Below are positions 53,423 to 64,000 of a stretch of 64,000 nucleotides of DNA, in pieces (the first letter of the stretch is position 1; the number at the start of each line of letters is the position of its first letter). Position numbers and translations under genes: made by a program. Below the pieces are notes generated by a model. The model was not told the DNA's origin. It saw only the letters and a list, made by a program, of their open reading frames with translations, and ran no database searches. The stretch spans positions 31,124,001-31,188,000 of the forward strand of contig OZ024758.1 of the NCBI GenBank assembly GCA_964016885.1, written 5' to 3'. Source of the stretch: Eledone cirrhosa. Its lineage: Eukaryota.

Positions 53423-55249
53423 TTCTGGTTGAAACACTATTATAATGTCCACCTCACCTACTGAAGTAGCCGTTACTACTACCTATACTAATAGTGGTGG
53501 TATCAGTATGAATATAACGAAGGTAGGCAAATTGTTAGCGTTAAAATGGCGGACAGTTATTACATTCCAGTGAGAATGGCAACTTTAATTAAGTGTGGCT
53601 TCTTGTTGAAATGTAGTTAATTTTATTTATTAGAAATTCTTTAATCTCTTCCATGCTTCTTCTTATCTCTTGTTTGCGAGTTCTTTGGAAAATGGCAAAG
53701 AATATATTCTAAAAAATGGTAATGTAATTGAAAACCCACTTTGCGTAATTTTCGAAATCACGAAGATAAAAGTAGTATTTATTTTCTCCTCTATTATTCT
53801 GTGATCTTCGATGTCTTTCCAGTGAATTAGCTAACAACGATGGCAATTGGAATTATAGAAGATGAGGTTTGATTGCTCGGCTGTTTCTTCTTCTTCATTT
53901 ATTTATTGTCACTGCTGTCTATTTTAATTCAGGATTAAAGCAAGTGGATGGCTATCAAAGTAGTACTTGAGATTATAGTTACTCGCATATCCAGAGTGTT
54001 AATTGAAAGATTTACAACAAAGGAGATTTTATCGTGATTATAGGAATTGATGATAATGATGATGATAACAGCAACAATAATATTGATTTCAAACTTTCGA
54101 ACAAGATCACACATTTCGTGGGTAGGGGAACATAACAGTGAATAGACCATAGTAATTGGCTAATACACACTTTATCAATCTAGCGAGGATGAAGATAAAT
54201 TTAAGATGGCGAGATTTGGAATCAGAACACAAAGCGCTACAACTGAACAATCTTTTGTAAAAGACCCACAAGGCCCCAAACAGGTATATAAGTCGATTAA
54301 ATTAGCTCTAATAATTAACTAGTATTTTATCAGCCCCGGGGTGGATGACAAGCAAACATGATATCGGTAGGATTTGAAGTCAGGACATAAAAAAAAACGG
54401 AAGAAATAGGACCAACTCTAACAATTCTATTTTGGTAGCAAACACTTTTCCTGGTGAAAAAAGGGTACCAGTTATAGTATTGGTGTCGATTCTTCCTCTA
54501 TATCTCTTTCTTACTTCCATCCTCTCACGTTATGTCTTTCCCAGGAAGAAATCTGCTGTATTTACACAACAACCAGCAATAACAAAAAAAAACAATCCCT
54601 CCCCACATACCAAAAACAGAAGGTATCGCCTCGCCCCTACCTCCTACATCCTCCACACAACTACCACACGGATTCCCAAGCAACAAATATAGTAATAGAG
54701 AAACATCAGCTACAAGATAGACACTTCAACTTCTCTCCCACCAGGAGAAACCATAGAGACCCCCACACTTACAACCCCCCTAACATCCCCACACAACAAA
54801 CCCACAACCATCATTACTTCCAACATAGAACCCAAACTACACAACTACCACACATGTCACACCGGGCCTCACAACCACACACCAGCTATAAGGAAACCCT
54901 AATCTACCCTCCTCCATTAACCACATCCTACTACAACACCAGCAGGGGACAATAGAACCACACGGTGCAACCTAACTGCAACAACCACCACAAGTACGCA
55001 CCCTACAACAACGACAATCAAATCTACACACCCTACAACAACAACAGCAGGGCCCAATACAACCACACGATACAACCTAACTTCAACAACCACCACAGCT
55101 ACACACCCTCTAACAACAACAGCAGGGGCCAATACATCCATAAGAGACATCCAAACTTCAACAACCATCACAACTTCCGTAGTCATTTTTTAGACACAGC
55201 ACACAGACACTGGGTAACAAGATAACACAAAACACGCAGGAGACACAAA

Positions 55250-56530
55250 ATGTAATAAAAATTGTTAATTTAACCTCTAAAGAATTAACAGACCAAATCA
55301 ACATACTCGCCAAAGGTCTGAAATTTACACCTACTCCCCGACCAAACTATCCCGAAATGAAGGAAGATATTGCAGACTTCTGTAGAAAACTAAGACTCAG
55401 CGATCAACTATACGACAAATACAATGAGGATGACTCAATAGCCAAAAATAGAAGCAACTACACACCCCACCAAAAGTCAAGAACAAATTCCTCGATCAAT
55501 TCTGCGAACACATTACTAATTACCCATACCACCATCTACACAGACCTAAACAAAAACCAAACCTAAGCAAAAAAGAATGGAATGTTCTTAACAGTCTAAA
55601 CAACGACAAAACCCTAACAATCAAAGAGGCAGATAAAGGGAGTGCACTAGTCCTTATGGAGACAGATTACTACACGACTCTAGTACTCTCAATTCTAGAA
55701 AACCAAACATATTACGAAAAGGCCCAACACTATACAGAACAGAAAATAATGAGAAACCTAAAATCCCTAACAACTCTTTACAAAGAAGGCCTTACAGACA
55801 AGGAATACAACTACATCACCAATTTCAAAAGCAGAACCAGTCTCTTCTACGGTATCCCAAAGTTACACAAAAGCGAAGTAATAGGCAGGGCCTACAAGGA
55901 AGCTGCAGACATTTACATCAATATACCCCCTCCTGATGACCTTAAATTAAGATCCATAATAGCAGGTACCATATGTGAAACCCACCGCCTAAGCAACTTC
56001 CTAGATATTCTGCTTAAACCTTTCCTAAAACACATAAAAAGCTTCATAAAGGACGACCTTGACATACTCAACCACCTCCCAACAACACTCAATAATGAAC
56101 ATACCCTACTAGTAACCTTTGATGTCATCAATTTATATTCCAATATCCCACACAACCTAGGTATAGAGGCGATACAATTCTGGCTTGAAAATTTCCCAAA
56201 TGAACTTCCACAGCGCATCCCTAAAGAATCTGTGTTGGAGGGACTCAAATTCATCTTGGAAAATAACTTCTTCGAATTCAATGCCAAATACTACAGACAG
56301 AAATCTGGGACTGCCATGGGTACGAAGGTAGCCCCCTCATACACCAACTTTGTCATGGGATATTTGGAAACCGCTCTCTACCGCAAAGTTCTAGACAAAT
56401 ACGGAAATCACTTCTACCTACACATAGGAAAAAACTGGAAGAGATATTTGGACGACTGCTTCATCCTCTGGCATGTTTAAAACACTTCAAAATGGAATTA
56501 CAACAATATGACCCTCCCCGAGTATAACAA
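55250..56530 (+). pseudogene. Penelope-like RT, frameshifted, truncated just after YLDD (related to the 17-19.8 kb element)
   Basis: LAKGLKFTPTP, FCRKLRL, IKEADKGSALV, FYGIPKLHK, TFDVINLYSNIP, GTAMGTKVAPSY, RYLDDCF; Asn-rich upstream region ~54.5-55.2 kb may belong to it. Confidence 0.92.
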
Positions 56531-56578
56531 TATATATATATATAAAGAAAATGTTCGCTCTTCATGGCTGAATACAAT

Positions 56579-56947
56579 AAATGAAATCTGAGTTTTTCGA
56601 ATATTAATAATAACATTCGATTTGTTCGCAATTATACAAACAAGCCTCAATTTTATAGCCATGTCAGTAGTCTGCTAATATGCAAATCAGGCTGATCAGT
56701 CTCTATGTAATTTTGAAAGTAGCATATATTTTCACTAGCTCTGACAGTTTGGCAGGTGAACAGTGAGCTGTACTGATGAAGGGTGATGCCCAGAAACATT
56801 AGTGTCTGCAGTTCTATTCGCATGCCAACACAAGAGCAAGAATGAAGTGTTCATTCTACTGACATAGGTATAAAATTGAGTCTTGTTTGCATAATTGCAA
56901 ACAAATCGAATGTTGTTATTAATATTTGAAAAACTCAGATTACATTT
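56579..56947 (+). mobile_element. Element with 92-bp inverted ends and HHR (56765-56814)
   Basis: Arms 56579-56670/56856-56947; GAGCTGTA-CTGATGA-A-GGGT(GAT)GCCC-A-GAAA-CATTAGTG-TC/TGCAGTTC. Confidence 0.82.
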
Positions 56948-57235
56948 TATATATATATATATCTTTATATATAATAATTAAGTCAAATATTTAAAATTTG
57001 GCTTTGTTTATTATTTCGGTGTCAGCCATCATTGGCTGTGACCTCTTCAGGCAGTCCGAATTGGATTGGTGTGGTAGAGACAGGTACACATGTTGTTGAA
57101 GTGTTTTACTCCATCAATGCTCCGATATGCCCAGCTCCTTGTTGGGTTGTTATATCTCTGAGGAAGTGGAATCATATGATTCCAGGCGTAGGACAGAACA
57201 AAGGAGAGGCACAAAAACAAAGAAAAGAATCCCCA

Positions 57236-57278
57236 GTCACTGAAGAGGTCACAGAATGTGTGACGAAAGAACTTTGAC
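57236..57278 (+). ncRNA. Hammerhead, identical to 49726-49768
   Basis: Same sequence. Confidence 0.78.
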
Positions 57279-57379
57279 AATATATGAACAACCGTCCGGT
57301 TGTGGAACCAACCAACCAACCGGAAATTTATAAATTTATAAATTTAATTTATAATAAATGTATATATTACTACTAGCTA

Positions 57380-57570
57380 TATTACTACTAGCTATATGGT
57401 ATGCTATGTTAGGTGTGGTAGAGTAGGAGATTTTAATGGTGTTTCTATTTATAAGACTATGGTACTTGTAGCCAGATGGGAATTTTTTATCCAGGATTGA
57501 GAAGAAAGCCTTAGGTAAGTTGGTAGAGACGTTTAGATTGAAAGGGGGATTGAAAAATGTATAAACCACC
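57380..57570 (-). pseudogene. PLE RT-endonuclease linker remnant
   Basis: FFNPPFNLNVSTN...FFSILDKKFP...LINRNTIKISYS motif. Confidence 0.7.
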
Positions 57571-58133
57571 TAATAAATTTTGTAACCTCTGTCTACTAGA
57601 GACCCATACTATAATCTTTTCGAATCTTAACCTCCTTAATAAAAAATCGGAAGTGTTTGCATTGTGCCAACACCGCTTCCGACACTCTTTCCAAAACTTT
57701 AAACCTAGTATATAACAATATCAGATTTGAACTCATCACCACCATTAGCACTTCACCTCTAGGTCTTGCCTTCCACCACTACATCACACTCTCTGATCCA
57801 CAATTTCCTCTACACAAATCATTTTATCTATAACTTTATACTCTGGAAATATCCTTATAGGCACCACCTTTAGATTACTTATAATTATATAGTGATTGAA
57901 ATATAATACAGTTTATATAAACTTTAAATATTAAATGTAACAATGAATTATATATACATTTATAATTAAATGTATAAATTAATAACATTGTATATATAGG
58001 ATTAATTTATTAACATAAGGGATTTGTCTAACTTATATGTAATATGCAACAATGAATTATGTATACATTTATAATTAAATGAATAGATTAATAACATTGT
58101 ATATAAAGGATGAATTTATTTACTCAAGAGATG

Positions 58134-58816
58134 TATCTAATTTATCATGCAAACAGCTGTACGTTATTCCATAGCTTACCAAATGTTGGGTAGACATAAA
58201 TCTAATTAGACCTTTAATATGTTTTGAGAGTAGACTTTATTTAAGGTTAATTGGATATAAATATATAGCACTTTGTATGGGAAATTCAATTATGGCAGTA
58301 TATAATATTGGGTAGACAACTTTCTATTGAAACCTTTAATATATTATGAGAGAGTAGACTGTATTTAAGATTAAATATAAATATATAACTTTTTATATAA
58401 GGGACTCAATTGAGGCACCATATAATGTCTATTAGAGCAATGAATTTAATTATTATAATAAGCTAGTTACGCATTATCTAATTTATCATGCAAACAGCTG
58501 TACGTTATTCCATAGCTTACCAAATGTTGGGTAGACATAAATCTAATTAGACCTTTAATATGTTTTGAGAGTAGACTTTATTTAAGGTTAATTGGATATA
58601 AATATATAGCACTTTGTATGGGAAATTCAATTATGGCAGTATATAATATTGGGTAGACAACTTTCTATTGAAACCTTTAATATATTATGAGAGAGTAGAC
58701 TGTATTTAAGATTAAATATAAATATATAACTTTTTATATAAGGGACTCAATTGAGGCACCATATAATGTCTATTAGAGCAATGAATTTAATTATTATAAT
58801 AAGCTAGTTACGCATT
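58134..58816. repeat. Tandem duplication, 341-bp unit x 2
   Basis: tttatcatgcaaacagctg at 58141 and 58482; internal ~125-bp subrepeat. Confidence 0.9.
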
Positions 58817-59139
58817 AGCTCCCCTTAATTACATACCCGCTACCGGATATTAAACCGCTGTAAATTCTCGCAGCTGAAAGACTATAATCTATAAATATGG
58901 ATTAAATAACACTAAGTTACAATACATTACAATCCACTACTATAACAAACATTCAATACAAATATATCGTAACTTATAGGATGGATGTGAAAACTGTAAC
59001 TTTTTTTTTCTGCACACATACAAATTTTAACTATATAGAAAATATCCTCGCATTGCAACCACCATAATACACTAACATACTCGCTTAAAGTGCTTGTATT
59101 CCATGTAATACCTTGCCATACACGACTCATATATACATG

Positions 59140-59545
59140 ATATATTTGCTTGTTCCATCCCTTTATTTATGACTAACGCATATACTATCTTTTAATTTAA
59201 TTAATAGACTATTCTCTTGTATTATCTGTATTATCTGTCGCATGTATGCCACCCTATGCTTTTAATCTTGTTTTTAAATTGGATTTTAATCTTAATTTGA
59301 ATTATTGTACAAATATAGTATAATATAATATATGTGGCATCAATTCCACACTGTAAACATGAAACTGTTGTACACAACATCAATATATATATATATATAT
59401 ATATATATCTGCATGTTTCTTCGGTTGAGTAGAAGGTCAATTATATGTACAAACTTTAAAATTGCTCCGAGGACTCCAAGCCTAGGTTTGGAACAAACAA
59501 TTGTTAGCGAATAAATGTTTTAACATAACTTTGATTTTTGTGTAT
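59140..59545 (+). mobile_element. Diverged copy of the 32605-33108 family with decayed C4 HHR (59464-59508)
   Basis: GCT-CCGAGGA-CTCCAAGC(CTAG)GTTTGGAA-CAAA-CAATTG-TT/AGC. Confidence 0.72.
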
Positions 59546-59547
59546 TC

Positions 59548-59715
<168 letters not shown>

Positions 59716-59755
59716 TATATATATATATTTATATATATATATTTATATATATATA

Positions 59756-60200
59756 TATAAAGAAAAAGAGATGAAATCGAAAATGCAACTGGAGTCTTAT
59801 TTTTTTTTAAAATATATATATTTATTTGGTTCCTTTACCGGTTTCGCAGTTCTTCTGCTTTTCAAAAGGTGAGTTGAGATGGAGGGTCTGTGGTTTTTCT
59901 CACATCTGGTTGGTCTCTGAATGTTACTTGTTTTATATGGAAAAAGTGGCTCGAAATGCCAGGTTTTTCGAGAAGTAATTACTTCTCGAAAAACCTGGCA
60001 TTTCGAGCCACTTTTTCCATATAAAACAAGTAACATTCAGAGACCAACCAGATGTGAAAAAACCACAGACCCTCCATCTCAACTCACCTTTTGAAAAGCA
60101 GAAGAACTGCGAAAACGGTAAAGGAACCAAATAAATATATATATATTTTTTTTAAATAAGACTCCAGTTGCATTTTCGATTTCATCTCTTTTTCTTTATA
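59756..60200. mobile_element. Spacer-less ~445-bp palindrome with divergent U3-A8 HHR pair
   Basis: Centre between 59978 and 59979; CCTT-TTGAAAA-GCAG(AAGAA)CTGC-GAAA-CCGG-TA/AAGG at 59832-59869 (-), mirror at 60087-60124 (+). Confidence 0.92.
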
Positions 60201-60255
60201 CTTTCACTCGTGTAGGACACCTCGGTTATTTTTCATTTTGTAAAAAAAACCTCAC

Positions 60256-61037
<782 letters not shown>

Positions 61038-61039
61038 CA

Positions 61040-62335
61040 AAAAAGAAGTGTGATCCTAGGTCGGACTTGACCGATAGAAATAGGAGTGATTTCGCTCAAC
61101 GAACAACACTCGAGTTGTCTGATTGGTTAGATAATACAAATAAGTGTGATAAAATCTACTGAACACAATTCACTGATGTGTGATTGGCCAGAGGTCGCCA
61201 TTTCGCACTTAATTGACGTATAATTAAACGGGGTAGACAACCGGGTGCAAAGACTAATCAATCATTCGCAGAGTTTAGGCATGAGTGTGAAATAGCACAA
61301 TGCACATACAGTAGGCGTTAAAATTTACACCTGGGTTAAATCGCGCTTTCTTGGTTAGGAGTGTGAAATGATGTGGTGCAATTACACGGGGGAGACAACA
61401 GGGTGAAAAATTAAATTCAATCATCCTAAAGTTAACTAAACAAATTAAGTTAAGTCAGGGGGATTTAAAAATTCGCTACTCCATTTGTAGGACATGAGTA
61501 ACCGGTGCGTCAACTTTCGTTTAAATTGACTTTTATTTCCAGAAGATGAAATGCTTTGCTGCGACCATAATATGAACTTTAAAAGTGGTCCAAAGGGGCT
61601 CACTGCCCTCCATAGGGGGTTCCCTCGCAAAATTCAAGTGATACCGAATGTGTGGTGCTTTATCTTATGGCAGGCAATAACCATTTCGTTTAGTTTTTGT
61701 AAAAATCAAGTATAAACTCCCGAGGTTATGGTGCTTTTTTATTGTGGCAGTTTGAACTTTTATAGGATAATGAATTGGGCTCATTGTCGCCGAGGGTCCT
61801 CTTGCTGAATTGAAATGAAAGTAAATGTGCCTCATTGTATCTTCATCTGTAGTACATGAATAACAACTAAGTCGAATTCATTTTAATGGACTACCAATTA
61901 TCGAAGTCATGACGCTTTGCTGCATTACAATAGTCAAATTCAATAAATGACTCGCCGGGGCTTACTGCCCCCTGGTGGGTCCCCTTGCTTGTTCCGGGTA
62001 TAGACAGTGTCTTCAATATCATCTTTAGGCAATCGGTAACCAATGTGTCCGGTAAAGTTAAAGTCGAACGTAAACTTCAAAAGTTATTAGGTACTAATAC
62101 AGTGTTAACGTGAACTTCAATATATAAGTCGAAGGTGCTTAATAACCCCCCCCCCCTCACATACACACACACACCCAGGGGCACCACAATCGATGTACGG
62201 AAAATTAAAATAACCTACGACGCGTAATAGGACTTCAGAAACCTATGTATGAAATTTGCTACTAATCGGTTGTAACATGTAGAAATGCATGCGGTTACAC
62301 AAACAGGCAGACATCTTCTGTTTTATATATGTAGA
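61040..62335 (-). mobile_element. Possible non-autonomous Helitron-like element
   Basis: Minus strand A then TCTACATATATAAAA start followed by GTCTG-like repeats (similar start at 50628); 3' end uncertain. Confidence 0.4.
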
Positions 62336-62548
62336 TTATAATATACGGTTCGGAAAAATCTCTTTGATATATATATATACATATATACATATATATATAT
62401 ATATTTATATATATTTACATATATATATATATTTATATATATATATATATATACATATATATAGATATCTTTATATATATATATATACATATATATGTAT
62501 ATATATACATATATATAGATAGCTTTATATATATTTACATATATATAT

Positions 62549-62594
<46 letters not shown>

Positions 62595-62606
62595 TTATAT
62601 ATATAC

Positions 62607-62639
<33 letters not shown>

Positions 62640-62659
62640 TTTACATATATATATATCTT

Positions 62660-62690
<31 letters not shown>

Positions 62691-63104
62691 CTTTATATAA
62701 TATATACATACATATATATCTTTATATATATATATATCATAAAACATGTCTTTAGCATCACTAGATATAATATATACCATTTCCTCTACCAATTAGTATA
62801 ATTAACCATATAAAAAACCAATTAGACCAAGCTATAAGAATAAAGGCTCCTATGAAGAAATCTCCGACAAATAATCGAAAGCAGCCCCTTCGCGGTGGCT
62901 ACGATGGAGTATTTATCGAACATTTCGACAGCATGTAGAAATCGACCAGATATACAGTCAACCAAACACAATTAGGTGTAAAATGAAACTTAGAAGAAAT
63001 GCGTACATACCAAATTACCACGTCACGATTCTTAGCCATTTTTGAATGTATTTTTGGCAAAACACATATATATCTATGACTTTATATATATGTAAACCTT
63101 TATA

Positions 63105-63985
<881 letters not shown>

Positions 63986-64000
63986 ATCAGGTTTAGCAAA

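Noticed and set aside
52263-53445. Poly-Gly/Val/Thr/Pro ORFs up to 334 aa (mucin- or extensin-like)
   Set aside because: Pure trinucleotide repeats open in several frames; no splice or domain context.
62845-62910. ATGAAGA...GAAA followed by a GC-rich hairpin
   Set aside because: Core and helix II do not fit the hammerhead consensus.

Overview
AT-rich, microsatellite-saturated eukaryotic non-genic DNA. The SINE families and composition look like a coleoid cephalopod/octopus (inference). No host protein-coding exon could be supported. The window is almost entirely transposon debris: Penelope-like elements (PLEs; one near-complete RT + C-terminal GIY-YIG copy at 17.2-19.8 kb, a truncated RT at 55-56.5 kb, several remnants), RTE and R4/Dong-like LINE fragments, tRNA-derived SINEs and non-autonomous Helitrons. 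The main hidden signal, found by reading both strands by eye, is roughly 40 type I hammerhead ribozyme (HHR) motifs, intact or decayed. Most lie in short non-coding elements next to (TA)n runs, arranged as tandem arrays (e.g. a 466-bp retrozyme-like array with three intact HHRs) or as outward-pointing fold-back palindromes. Many are atypical: U3-A8 compensated core, C4 core, U.U or C.A at the base of helix II, and 60-96 nt (one branched) helix II domains. PLE-associated minimal HHRs and tandem/inverted PLE insertions are known in general; the density and the structural variants are what merit follow-up. All folds were derived by hand and none is experimentally tested.
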